Source of the DNA: Thiohalocapsa sp.
Lineage (GTDB): Bacteria > Pseudomonadota > Gammaproteobacteria > Chromatiales > Chromatiaceae
Length of the DNA stretch: 64,000 nt
Reading direction: 5' to 3'
Assembly: GCF_022340605.1 (NCBI RefSeq)
Contig: NZ_JAJDNQ010000064.1
Coordinates: 1,586 to 65,585, forward strand
How positions within the stretch are numbered: the first letter of the stretch is position 1; every line of letters starts with the position of its first letter. Of this stretch, positions 9,741 through 18,872 are shown piece by piece. Made by a program: the position numbers and the translations under genes. The notes under the pieces are model-generated. The model searched no databases. It had not been told where the DNA came from and saw only the letters and a list, made by a program, of their open reading frames with translations.

Positions 9741-9794
9741 GGTGCCGGTGCCGGTGCCGGTGCCGGTGCCGGTGCCGGTGCCGGTGCCGGTGCC
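9741..9794. repeat. (GGTGCC)9 perfect microsatellite
   Basis: Nine perfect hexamer copies counted directly. Confidence 0.97.
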
Positions 9795-9867
9795 GGCAAG
9801 ATGCCGGCGCTCCCAGTTGCCGGCAAGATGCCGGCGCTCCCAGTTGCCGGCAAGATGCCGGCGCTCC
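9791..9867. repeat. Tandem REP-like 27-bp palindromic repeats (x3)
   Basis: TGCCGGCAAGATGCCGGCGCTCCCAGT at 9791, 9818 and 9845 (last copy truncated); each has a GCCGGCA-AGA-TGCCGGC hairpin. Confidence 0.92.
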
Positions 9868-9911
9868 ACGCCACGCGTCGTACCGGCCGGCCGGGGCGCT
9901 TGCGCCTGCCG

Positions 9912-11120
9912 TCAGAACACCAGCTCGTTCGCACCCAGGATGGCCATCATGATGGACACGATGATGCCGGCGACGACGATGCCCAGCCCGATGATGAGCG
10001 CCGGCTCCAGCAGGGTCAGCATGCGCTGCACGCTGTCTTTGGTTTCGCGGTCGAAGACATCGGCCACCTTCGCCAGCATGGCGTCCAGGGTGCCGGATTC
10101 CTCGCCGACGCGGATCATCTGTAACGCAAGCTCCGGCAGCACCTCGCGGGTGGCGAGCGGCTCGGCCAGGCCGCGCCCGTGCTTGAGGCCATCGGCCACC
10201 TCGGCCAGGCCCTCGCCGATCTTGCGGTTGTCCACGACCTCCTTGGCCAGATTCAGCGCGGAGAGCAGCGGCAGGCCGTTCTTCAGCAGCGTGGACAGGG
10301 TGTGGCAGAAGCGGGCGGTCTCCATCTTCCAGATCAGATCCCCAAACAGTGGCAGGGCCATGACGGCGAAGTCGAAGCGCCGGCGGTTATCCGGGACCAT
10401 GAGCCAACGCTCCGCCACGACCGCCACGACGGCGACCAGCACCAGCAGCGCCCACCAGTAACTGCGCATGACGTCGCCGGCACCGACGACGATGCGCGTG
10501 GATAGCGGCAGCGCGGCGCCCATGTCCTCGAACAGCACCGTGAACTGCGGCACCACGAAGACCAGGAGCAGAATCACCGACAGCCCGGCCACGAACAGCA
10601 GGATGCCCGGGTAGACCAGTGCCGAGGTGACGGTGCCGCGCAGCTCGGCGGTGCGCTCCAGGTAGTCCGCGAGGCGGCCCAGCACCTCGTCCACCGCACC
10701 GCTGGCCTCGCCGGCGCGGACCATATTGACGTACAGCTTCGGAAATTGGCCGTCCTGCGCCTCCAGCGCCGCGGACAGGGCGGCACCGCCGCGCACCCGG
10801 TCCTGGAGGTCCGCCAGCACCCGCACCACGTGCTCCTCGGTGCTGAGCCCGGAGAGCACGGTCAGCGAGCGGTCCAGTGGCAGGCCGGACTGCAGCAGGG
10901 TCGCGAGCTGGCGGGTGAGGAGCTCGACATCCTTGGCGCTCAGGCGCTTGCGGCGGCGGCGCGCCAAGGTCGCCGTGAGCCCGCCGGCAGAACGGGTCTG
11001 CAGCGGGATCAACCCCTCGGCTTGGAGCTTGCGCACCAGCGCCGCCTCGTCGGCGGCGTCCTGCTCGCCCTCGATCTCCTCGCCGTCGAGCTTGACTGCC
11101 TTGTAGAAGTAACGGGGCAT
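9912..11120 (-). CDS. gspF: Type II secretion inner membrane platform protein GspF
   Basis: TRQLATLLQSGLPL, MVRAGEASG, SALVYP, MIRVGEESGTLD, LLEP. Confidence 0.97.
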   Translation of the reverse strand: MPRYFYKAVKLDGEEIEGEQDAADEAALVRKLQAEGLIPLQTRSAGGLTATLARRRRKRLSAKDVELLTRQLATLLQSGLPLDRSLTVLSGLSTEEHVVRVLADLQDRVRGGAALSAALEAQDGQFPKLYVNMVRAGEASGAVDEVLGRLADYLERTAELRGTVTSALVYPGILLFVAGLSVILLLVFVVPQFTVLFEDMGAALPLSTRIVVGAGDVMRSYWWALLVLVAVVAVVAERWLMVPDNRRRFDFAVMALPLFGDLIWKMETARFCHTLSTLLKNGLPLLSALNLAKEVVDNRKIGEGLAEVADGLKHGRGLAEPLATREVLPELALQMIRVGEESGTLDAMLAKVADVFDRETKDSVQRMLTLLEPALIIGLGIVVAGIIVSIMMAILGANELVF

Positions 11121-11156
11121 ATCTGGGAGGCGGGATAGCGGCCCAAGCGCTCGGGG

Positions 11157-13397
11157 CTACTCCTCGCTGACGGCCGCCACCCGCAGCACCTCTTCCACCG
11201 TCGTATGCCCGGCGGCGGCCTTGCGCAGGCCGTCCTGGTACATGGTGAGCATGTCCTGCTCGACGGCGATGCGGCCGATCTCGGTGGCGGTGGCGTGGGC
11301 CAGCACGGCCTGGCGGATGCGGTCCGTCATTACCAGCACCTCGGCGATGACCAGCCGGCCGCGGTAGCCGCTGCCGTTGCAGGCGGCACAGCCGCGCGGG
11401 TGGTACAGGGTCAGATCGTTCTCGTCCACGCCGGGCAGTTGCAGGAAGCGCGCGGCCATCTCCGGCAGCGGCCGGAACGGCTCGCGGCATGCCGGGCAGA
11501 GCCGGCGCACCAAGCGCTGAGCGAGAATGCCGTTGATTGTGCTGGTGAGCAGATAGTCCTCGACGCCCATGTCCAGCAGGCGGGTGACACCGCTGGCGGC
11601 GTCGTTGGTGTGCAGGGTGGACAGCACCACGTGGCCGGTCAGCGCCGACTGCACGGCAATGCGCGCGGTTTCGAGATCGCGCATTTCGCCCACCATGATG
11701 ATGTCTGGGTCCTGGCGGACGATAGCGCGCAGCGCGTGCGCGAAGGTCATGCCGATGGACGCCTTCACCGGGATCTGATTGATGCCCTGGATCTGGTACT
11801 CCACCGGGTCCTCGACGGTGATGATCTTGCGGTCGCCGGTGTTGAGCCGCGAGAGCGCCGTGTATAGGGTGGTGCTCTTGCCGCTGCCGGTGGGGCCGGT
11901 GACCAGGAAGATGCCGTAGGGTTGCTCCAGGATCTCCAGCACCCGCTCGCGCGGCGGGCCGTCGAAGCCTAGCGCGTCGAAGTCGAAGCTGACGGACTCC
12001 TTGTCCAGCAGGCGCATGACCACGCTCTCGCCGAACATGGTGGGCACGGTGGAGACGCGCAGATCCAGCTCCTTGCCCTGGATGCGCAGCGGGATGCGCC
12101 CATCCTGCGGCAGCCGGCGCTCGGCGATGTTGAGCTTTGCCATGATCTTGATGCGCGAGATCACGGCGGCCGTGGAGCGCACCGGCGGCGACTCGCTCGC
12201 TTTCAGGATGCCGTCGATGCGGTAGCGCACCTTCAACTCGTCGGCGAAGGGCTCGATGTGCACATCCGACGCCCGCGACTCCACCGCCCGCTGCATGATC
12301 TGGTTCACCAGCCGAATGATGGGTGCCTCGCTGGCGAGGTCGCGCAGGTGCTCGATGTCTTCCTCGGAGAAGTTGCCCAGTTCGGCGTCGAGGTCCGTGT
12401 CCAGCTCTTCCGGTTGCGGCGCCTCGTACAGGTGCTCCAGGGCCGCGTCGATGTCGGAAGGCAGCCCCACCCGCACCAATGCCGGGCGCCCGGCGGCCTC
12501 CTCCACCAGGCGCACCGCGGCGCGGTCCATGGGATCGGCGACGGCTAGTTCCACGGCGCTGGCGTGCTCGCGCAGCGGCACCACGCGCGCGTCCTTCAGA
12601 AAGCGCAAGCTCAAGTGCTCGTCCCCCGGCGGCGTGTCCGGATAGCCGTCCGCACCGATGAGCGTCAGGTCGAGCACCGCGGCGTAGGCGGCGGCCATGT
12701 CCCGCTCCGACACCAGGCCCAGGCGCACCAGCATCGAGCGCACCGGCACGCCGTCGTCGTCGGCGAGCTTGCGCGCCCGGGCGAGGTCGCCGTCCGTGAG
12801 CCTGCCGTGCTCGCGCAGGTGGGCGACCAGCGCCGCCTCGGGCGTGTCCGGTACGGGGGAAAAATCGGGATCGGCAACAGCGGCGTCGGCAACGCCTGGA
12901 ACCTCCGGCGCGGCGGCGGACAGATCGGGGGCCGGCGGCGCCTCGGCCGCCGGTGCCGATGCGAGCGTGCGGGCAGCGCCGCCGGGCGGCGGCATGGCTG
13001 CGGCCTCGGCCGACACCTCGGCCCGCGGTGGTGGCGGCAGCGACAGTACGATAGGCAGCGCGTGCTCGGCCGCCCGCTCTGGCGGTGCGGACGGCGCAGC
13101 CGGGCTCGGCCGGGCCGCGCTCGCCAGGCCGGCGTCGACCTCGGGCGCCGACTCGTCCGCGGCCGGCTCCCGCGGCGAAGTCTCGGCTTGGCGCTCCAGC
13201 AGGTGTGGCGGGCGCCGCGCCGGCTCTTCCGCGAGCAGCTCGTCCTCGAAATCCAGATTAAGGTCGATGTTCGGCTCGCGGTAGCCGACGGCTTCGTCCG
13301 CGAGGGCATCGACCTCCAGGGAGAACTGCGGCGGTTCGGGCCGGTCCGCGTTGGCGGCGCGTTCGCGGCGGCGTTCCCGCTCGATGGCGTCAGACAT
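11157..13397 (-). CDS. gspE: Type II secretion ATPase GspE with long low-complexity N-terminal extension
   Basis: ASDVHIEP, ERRLPQDGR, GPTGSGKSTT Walker A, TVEDPVE, RQDPDIIMVGEMRD, LSTLHTN, tetracysteine motif; ATG at 13397 overlaps the end of the upstream gene. Confidence 0.97.
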   Translation of the reverse strand: MSDAIERERRRERAANADRPEPPQFSLEVDALADEAVGYREPNIDLNLDFEDELLAEEPARRPPHLLERQAETSPREPAADESAPEVDAGLASAARPSPAAPSAPPERAAEHALPIVLSLPPPPRAEVSAEAAAMPPPGGAARTLASAPAAEAPPAPDLSAAAPEVPGVADAAVADPDFSPVPDTPEAALVAHLREHGRLTDGDLARARKLADDDGVPVRSMLVRLGLVSERDMAAAYAAVLDLTLIGADGYPDTPPGDEHLSLRFLKDARVVPLREHASAVELAVADPMDRAAVRLVEEAAGRPALVRVGLPSDIDAALEHLYEAPQPEELDTDLDAELGNFSEEDIEHLRDLASEAPIIRLVNQIMQRAVESRASDVHIEPFADELKVRYRIDGILKASESPPVRSTAAVISRIKIMAKLNIAERRLPQDGRIPLRIQGKELDLRVSTVPTMFGESVVMRLLDKESVSFDFDALGFDGPPRERVLEILEQPYGIFLVTGPTGSGKSTTLYTALSRLNTGDRKIITVEDPVEYQIQGINQIPVKASIGMTFAHALRAIVRQDPDIIMVGEMRDLETARIAVQSALTGHVVLSTLHTNDAASGVTRLLDMGVEDYLLTSTINGILAQRLVRRLCPACREPFRPLPEMAARFLQLPGVDENDLTLYHPRGCAACNGSGYRGRLVIAEVLVMTDRIRQAVLAHATATEIGRIAVEQDMLTMYQDGLRKAAAGHTTVEEVLRVAAVSEE

Positions 13398-15267
13398 GGC
13401 TCGGCTCCGGCGCCCCGGCTCGGTAGTGCGTGCCGGCAGGTTGCCACTGCGGCACGATCTCCCGCAAGCGCTCGGCAAGCGCATCGATGTCGCAGCGCTG
13501 AATACAGTCCGCGAGGTCGGCACGCCAGGCGGCGACGGCGTCGGCGTCGGTGGCGAGCCGGCGCGCGATACGGATCTTGGGATGCACCGTCGCGGTCAGC
13601 GATTCGGCGTCGTAGAACAGCTCCTCGAAGCGCTTCTCACCGGGGCGCAGGCCGATGTACTCGATGGCGATATCACGGCCGGGCTCACGGCCGGCGAGCC
13701 GGATCATCTGCTCCGCCATGCGGCTGATCTTCACCGGCTCGCCCATATCCAGCACGAAGATCTCACCACCGGCGCCGATCACCGCCGCCTGCATGATGAG
13801 CTGGCAGGCCTCCGGGATGGTCATGAAGTAGCGCTCCACGTCCGGGTCGGTGACCGTCACCGGGCCGCCGCGCTCGATCTGCCGCTGGAACAGGGGCACG
13901 ACGCTGCCCGCCGAGCCGAGCACGTTGCCGAAGCGCACCGTGATGAAGCGTGTCGGCGATTGCACTGCCAGCCCCTGGCAGAGGATCTCCGCGGCACGCT
14001 TGCTGGCACCCATCACGTTGGCCGGGTTCACGGCCTTGTCGGTGGAGATCAGCACGAAGCGCTCGCAGCGGTGGCGGTGCGCGCTGTCGGCGACGACGCC
14101 GGTGCCCAACACATTGTTGCGCACCGCCGCGCGGACCTGGTCCTCCAGCAGCGGCACGTGCTTGTAGGCGGCGGCGTGGAAGACGATCTGCGGGCGCTCG
14201 CGGGCAAACAGCGCATCCACGCCGGTGCGGTCGCCCACGTCCAGCAGGTAGCGTCCCAGGTCCGGCGCGTCGGCGCGCTCGGCGAATTCCTGCTCGATCC
14301 GGTAGAGGTTGAACTCGCAGTTGTCGAGCAGCAGCAGTCGCCGTGGGCGGGCGGCCACCACCTGCCGGCACAGTTCGGAACCGATGGAGCCGCCGGCACC
14401 GGTCACCAGCACAACGCGCCCGGCGAGGCCGGCGCGTAGGCCGTCCCAGTCAAGCGTCACGGGGTTGCGGCCGAGCAGGTCCTCGATGGATACCGGCCGC
14501 AGCTGGCTGATGCTGACCTGCCCGGTCATCAGGTTCTCGAGCTTGGGCACGGTGCGGAAGGGCTTGCCCGTGCGCTCGCAGAGCCGGACCAGGTCGCCCA
14601 TCTCCGCGGCGGAGGCACTCGGGATGGCGAGCAGGATGAGGTCGATGCCGAGCTCTTGGGTGAGTCGCGGGATCAGTTCGGTGCCACCCCGAATGGGCAC
14701 GCCGTGGATCTCCGCCCCATGGCGGCGCAGCTTGTCGTCGACAAAGGCCACGGGCTCGTATCGGCGCGCCCCGGCGCGGCGCATGTCGCGCACCAGCATC
14801 TCGCCGGCCCGTCCTGCCCCCACGATGAGTACTCGGGTGCCGCTGCCCAGCGACAGGCGATGGTCCTTGAGCCAGCGATACAGGAGCCGCGGCCCCGCCA
14901 GCAGCAGCAACTGGAACACGAAGAACAAGGGCGGGACCGAGCGCGGCAGGTGCTCGCTGCGGTTGATGACGAACAGGACCACGACCACGGCGAGCGTCGT
15001 CGCCGCCACGGCCTTCAGGATGCGTACCAGGTCGGGCAGGGACGCGAAGCGCCATACGCCGCGGTACAGCCCGAAGGCCCAGTACATGAGCCCGGCCAAG
15101 AGCACCACCACCGGCAGCATGTGCAGGGCCATGCTGAAGTAGTCGGGTGGGATTCGCTCGAGATTGAAACGGGTCCAGAACGCCAAGAACCACGCCGCCG
15201 GCACCATCACCAGATCGTGCACGAAGGCGGCGGTTCGGGAGCGCAGGCGGTCGAGCCAGGGCGTCAT
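13390..15267 (-). CDS. Membrane-bound UDP-sugar 4,6-dehydratase (WbpM/PglF/CapD family)
   Basis: 4 N-terminal TMs, IEDLLGR, VTGAGGSIGSELCRQ, FHAAAYKHVP, ISTDKAV, VRFGNVLGS, GLRPGEK. Confidence 0.95.
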   Translation of the reverse strand: MTPWLDRLRSRTAAFVHDLVMVPAAWFLAFWTRFNLERIPPDYFSMALHMLPVVVLLAGLMYWAFGLYRGVWRFASLPDLVRILKAVAATTLAVVVVLFVINRSEHLPRSVPPLFFVFQLLLLAGPRLLYRWLKDHRLSLGSGTRVLIVGAGRAGEMLVRDMRRAGARRYEPVAFVDDKLRRHGAEIHGVPIRGGTELIPRLTQELGIDLILLAIPSASAAEMGDLVRLCERTGKPFRTVPKLENLMTGQVSISQLRPVSIEDLLGRNPVTLDWDGLRAGLAGRVVLVTGAGGSIGSELCRQVVAARPRRLLLLDNCEFNLYRIEQEFAERADAPDLGRYLLDVGDRTGVDALFARERPQIVFHAAAYKHVPLLEDQVRAAVRNNVLGTGVVADSAHRHRCERFVLISTDKAVNPANVMGASKRAAEILCQGLAVQSPTRFITVRFGNVLGSAGSVVPLFQRQIERGGPVTVTDPDVERYFMTIPEACQLIMQAAVIGAGGEIFVLDMGEPVKISRMAEQMIRLAGREPGRDIAIEYIGLRPGEKRFEELFYDAESLTATVHPKIRIARRLATDADAVAAWRADLADCIQRCDIDALAERLREIVPQWQPAGTHYRAGAPEPSHV

Positions 15268-15279
15268 TGCAGGCGGGCC

Positions 15280-16374
15280 TCAGCGTTCGGCGGCGGCACC
15301 GGCGCCAGCGCGCTCGGCAAGCTCGACGCGCAGATGCACCAGCCAGTACAGCCCCGCCCACGCGAGCAGCAGCAGCCACTGCTCCGATACGGTGAGGGAC
15401 TGGCCCCCGATTGCGCTGGCGGCGGCGGCGGCCATCAGGACATAGGCCCGGAGCAGGGTCTGGCGCGGTGTCCAGCCAGCCAGCACCAGGCGCTGATAAT
15501 GGTGCTCGCGGTGTGCACGCCAGACCGCGGCGCCGCGCAGCAGGCGTCGCGCCAGGGTCCAGGTGGCGTCCACCAGAAAGGGAGAGAACACGAGCAGACC
15601 GACCCAAAGCGCGAACAGCCCTCGTTCGGCCCCCCAGAGCACGAGCCCCGCCGCCCAGAAGCCGAGCACCGCGGAGCCCACGTCGCCGAGGAAGATGCCC
15701 GCCCGCGGCAGGTTGTGCAGCAGGAAGCCGCCGGCGGCAGCGGCAACGACCGCGGCCAGCAGACCGAAGTCGGCGGCGCCGGCACGAAAGCCGAGCACGG
15801 CGAGCGCACCGAAACCGAGCACCGCCATGCCACCGGCAAGGCCGTCCATGCCGTCCATGAAGTTGTACAGATTGGTCATCCAGACGACAAAGGCGAGCGT
15901 CAGCGGCGGTATCAACCAGGCGGGAAGCGCCTGCTGCTCGAGGCCCGGTAAGCCGAGCCGAGACCATGCAAGCCCACTCGTGTAGAGCAGCAACGCCGAC
16001 AACAACTGGGTGGTCAGCCGATAGGGCGCCGGGACATGCCGGCGATCGTCGACGAGTGATACGGCCGCCAGCAGTGCCGTGGCGAGCACGGGCCAGAACG
16101 CGCCCGCGAGGGAGCCGACCCACCAGGGCAGCGCCACCAGGAGACCCACCACGACCCCAAGCAGCACGCCCGCACCGCCGGTGCGCGGCACCGGCGCCTG
16201 ATGCAGGGAACGCTCGTTGGGCTCGTCGAGGATGCGTAGCGGGCCGAACAGGTTGCGCCGCAGCACCCAGACGACCGCGAACGCGACGCCGAACGCCACG
16301 ACCGGCGCCACCACCAGGACGGGGGCAGGTGGTCCTTCCGCAACGGCCGAAACGGCTAGCGCGTCGAGGCCCAT
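15280..16374 (-). CDS. Polyprenyl-phosphate sugar-1-phosphate transferase (GT4; WbpL/WecA/MraY-like)
   Basis: PNERSLH...PRTGG, SLVDD, NLYNFMDGMDG, IFLGDVGS, AHREHHYQRL. Confidence 0.93.
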   Translation of the reverse strand: MGLDALAVSAVAEGPPAPVLVVAPVVAFGVAFAVVWVLRRNLFGPLRILDEPNERSLHQAPVPRTGGAGVLLGVVVGLLVALPWWVGSLAGAFWPVLATALLAAVSLVDDRRHVPAPYRLTTQLLSALLLYTSGLAWSRLGLPGLEQQALPAWLIPPLTLAFVVWMTNLYNFMDGMDGLAGGMAVLGFGALAVLGFRAGAADFGLLAAVVAAAAGGFLLHNLPRAGIFLGDVGSAVLGFWAAGLVLWGAERGLFALWVGLLVFSPFLVDATWTLARRLLRGAAVWRAHREHHYQRLVLAGWTPRQTLLRAYVLMAAAAASAIGGQSLTVSEQWLLLLAWAGLYWLVHLRVELAERAGAGAAAER

Positions 16375-16401
16375 CCGGGGCACATCCGTACCGCGTCGGG
16401 A

Positions 16402-16956
16402 TCAGCGCGGGCGCATCAGCTTGGACTCGACCTCATCGCGGCGCTCACGGCCGACGAGCAGCTCGATGAGCTGGAGGGCGAAATCCATCGCAGTGCCCGG
16501 GCCGCGGGAGGTGACGAGATTGCCGTCGGTGACGACGGCATCCTCGCTGAGCCGGATCTCCGGATGCTTGGCGGTATCCAGCGCGCCCGGAAAGCTCGTC
16601 GCCTGGCGGCCGTCCAACAGTCCTAGATCGGCGAGCATCAGGGGGGCGGCGCAAATTGCCGCGCACCAGCGACCCTGCGTGGCCTGCCGCGACACGATCG
16701 CCGCCAGACGCGGATCAGCGTTCAGATTGTTTGCGCCGGGCTGGCCTCCGGGCAGCGCCACCATGTCGAAAGTATCTTCGGCGACGGCATCCAGGGTCGT
16801 GTCCGGCACCAGCACGGTGCCGCGGCTCGCCTGCACCGGCGTGGCGTCCAGGCCGGCCGTAACGACCTCGATGCCGGCGCGCCGGAGCAGGTCGATGATG
16901 GTCACCGCCTCCACTTCTTCGCAGCCCTGGGCCAGGGGTACCAACACCCGTGCCAT
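16402..16956 (-). CDS. thiJ: DJ-1/PfpI family protein (YajL/ThiJ)
   Basis: GCEEVEAVTIIDLLRRAGI, LPGG, AAICAAP, TSRGPGTA. Confidence 0.92.
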   Translation of the reverse strand: MARVLVPLAQGCEEVEAVTIIDLLRRAGIEVVTAGLDATPVQASRGTVLVPDTTLDAVAEDTFDMVALPGGQPGANNLNADPRLAAIVSRQATQGRWCAAICAAPLMLADLGLLDGRQATSFPGALDTAKHPEIRLSEDAVVTDGNLVTSRGPGTAMDFALQLIELLVGRERRDEVESKLMRPR

Positions 16957-16993
16957 CTGCTCGTCTCCCGCCGCGGATCGCGGCTCCAGTGGA

Positions 16994-18625
16994 TCAGTGT
17001 TGCCGCGCCGAGGCGCCGCGGAACAAGCTCAGCCCCTTCAACACATGCAGGGCTTCGGCGAGCTGGTAGTCCTCGGCGGCCAGGGAGCCGTCCTCGTCGT
17101 TGGCATTGTCCACGCTTTCCGCGCCCGCATTGTTCGGGTCTTCGAGGTGGCGCATCAGGTCGGCCTCCTTCAGCGGCGCGACGTTCGGGTTTTCGTCCAA
17201 AGCCACCTTGCCACGCACCAGCTCGATATCCGGCTCGATGCCCATGGCCTGGATCGAGCGCCCGGAGGGCGTGTAGTACCGCGCGGTGGTGAGCTTGAGC
17301 GCGGTGCGGTCGTCAATGGGCACGATGGTCTGCACCGAGCCCTTGCCGAAGGTCTTCTCGCCCATGATGACCGCGCGGTGCTGGTCCTGCAGCGCGCCGG
17401 CGACGATCTCCGACGCCGAGGCGCTGCCGCCGTTCACCAGCACCGCCAGCGGGGCACCGTCCAGGACGTCGTCCGGGCCGGCCTTGAACTCCAGCTTGGC
17501 GTCTTCGTTACGCCCCATGGTGTAGACGATGAGTCCACCGTCCAGGAAAGCGTCGCTGACACCGACGGCCGCGTTCAGCACGCCGCCCGGGTTGTTGCGC
17601 AGGTCCAGCACGACGCCCTTGAGGCCATTCTTGTTCTCGGTCTTGAGCTTGCCGACGGCGGCAAGCAGGTCCTCGGAGGTGCGCGCCTGGAAGTTGGACA
17701 CCCTGATGTAACCGTAGCCGGGCTCCAGGGTACGGCTCTTGACGCTCGCGACCTTGATGACGTCGCGGACGATGTTGAAGGTGAGCGGGTTGCCTTCGTC
17801 CTCGCGCACCACCGTGAGCTCGATCTTGGAGCCCGGCTTGCCGCGCATCATCGCGACGGCGTCACTCAGGCTCAGACCTTTCACCGGCTTGCCGTCGATG
17901 CGAACGATGAGGTCGCCGGCCTCGATACCCGCACGCTGCGCCGGGGTGTCGTCGATGGGGGCGATGACCTTCACGAAGCCGTCTTCCATGCCCACCTCGA
18001 TGCCGAGGCCGCCGAACTCGCCGGTGGTGCCGACGCGCAGCTCGCGATACGCCTCCGGGTCCAGGTAGGACGAGTGCGGGTCGAGCCCGTCCAGCATGCC
18101 ACGGATGGCGCTGGCCAGGAGGTCGCGGTCGTCCACGTGCTCGACATAGTCGCTCTTGATGCGCCCGAAAACCTCGGCGAAGGTGCGCAGGTCGTCGAGG
18201 GGCAGGGCGTCGCTGTCTTCTTCGTCGGCGGCAGCTTCATCCGCGGCGTCGGTGTCGGCCGCCGGAGTGTCCGCGGGTGCGGCCTCGTCTGCCGGAACCT
18301 GGTCAGGCGCCTGATCGGGCGCCGGGGCAGGCACTGGCTCATCGGTGACCGCCGGGCCGGCAGGCTGCTCCGCCGCGCCGGGCTCAGGCCCCGCGGCGGG
18401 CGCGGGCGCCGGCCCGTCGGCGGGCAGCTGCGCGGGCGGCTCGACCGGCGCCGGTGGCTGGTAAGGTTCTACCGGCACAGACGTGGGCGGTGCAGCCGCG
18501 GGCGCCGGAACCGGCTGCTCCGCTTGCGCCCGGGTGAGGGCAGGCACCGCCATGAGCAGCAGGCAGAGCGTCGAAATGACCGGGGCACGGGCTGTCGCCC
18601 GCGCACGAAGGGATTGCTGGGACAT
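16994..18625 (-). CDS. ctpA: Carboxyl-terminal processing protease (S41) with Pro/Ala-rich N-terminal linker
   Basis: LDPHSSYL, GEFGGLGIEV PDZ, DLRNNPGG, SASASEI, TFGKGSVQ, TTARYYTPSG. Confidence 0.95.
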   Translation of the reverse strand: MSQQSLRARATARAPVISTLCLLLMAVPALTRAQAEQPVPAPAAAPPTSVPVEPYQPPAPVEPPAQLPADGPAPAPAAGPEPGAAEQPAGPAVTDEPVPAPAPDQAPDQVPADEAAPADTPAADTDAADEAAADEEDSDALPLDDLRTFAEVFGRIKSDYVEHVDDRDLLASAIRGMLDGLDPHSSYLDPEAYRELRVGTTGEFGGLGIEVGMEDGFVKVIAPIDDTPAQRAGIEAGDLIVRIDGKPVKGLSLSDAVAMMRGKPGSKIELTVVREDEGNPLTFNIVRDVIKVASVKSRTLEPGYGYIRVSNFQARTSEDLLAAVGKLKTENKNGLKGVVLDLRNNPGGVLNAAVGVSDAFLDGGLIVYTMGRNEDAKLEFKAGPDDVLDGAPLAVLVNGGSASASEIVAGALQDQHRAVIMGEKTFGKGSVQTIVPIDDRTALKLTTARYYTPSGRSIQAMGIEPDIELVRGKVALDENPNVAPLKEADLMRHLEDPNNAGAESVDNANDEDGSLAAEDYQLAEALHVLKGLSLFRGASARQH

Positions 18626-18872
18626 GGGCGTATCTGAGCGCAGAGCGCTGTGTGTGGGCTGGGTCTGTGGTCTGGCTGAGCGGATCGGGAAGCTTGCGCG
18701 ACGCCGCCTTTGCTTTGCGGGCAAGTCCGCCAGCGCTCCTCGTTGGATAGCGTGTGGCCGTGGGTGTTCCAGGAACATGCTTCGGGCATCGGGTGTACGG
18801 CCGGTTCCCAATAGTGACTCCCAACAGTGGTTCCCAACAGGGGCGGCCGGGCTCGTGCGGGCTGATGCAAAT

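Noticed and set aside
9791-9867. 27-bp repeats as a CRISPR array
   Set aside because: Units are directly tandem with no unique spacers, and no cas genes are present
8733-9869. 378-aa ORF as an extended GspG with WERRHLAG/GT repeats
   Set aside because: The extension is a translation of the repeat array and the antisense Uma2 remnant; a GTG with RBS at 9173 gives a normal GspG
16217-18637. Long opposite-strand ORFs (806 aa here; also 29555-31408, 6594-8216, 1822-3303)
   Set aside because: Antisense shadows of well-supported genes, expected at high GC
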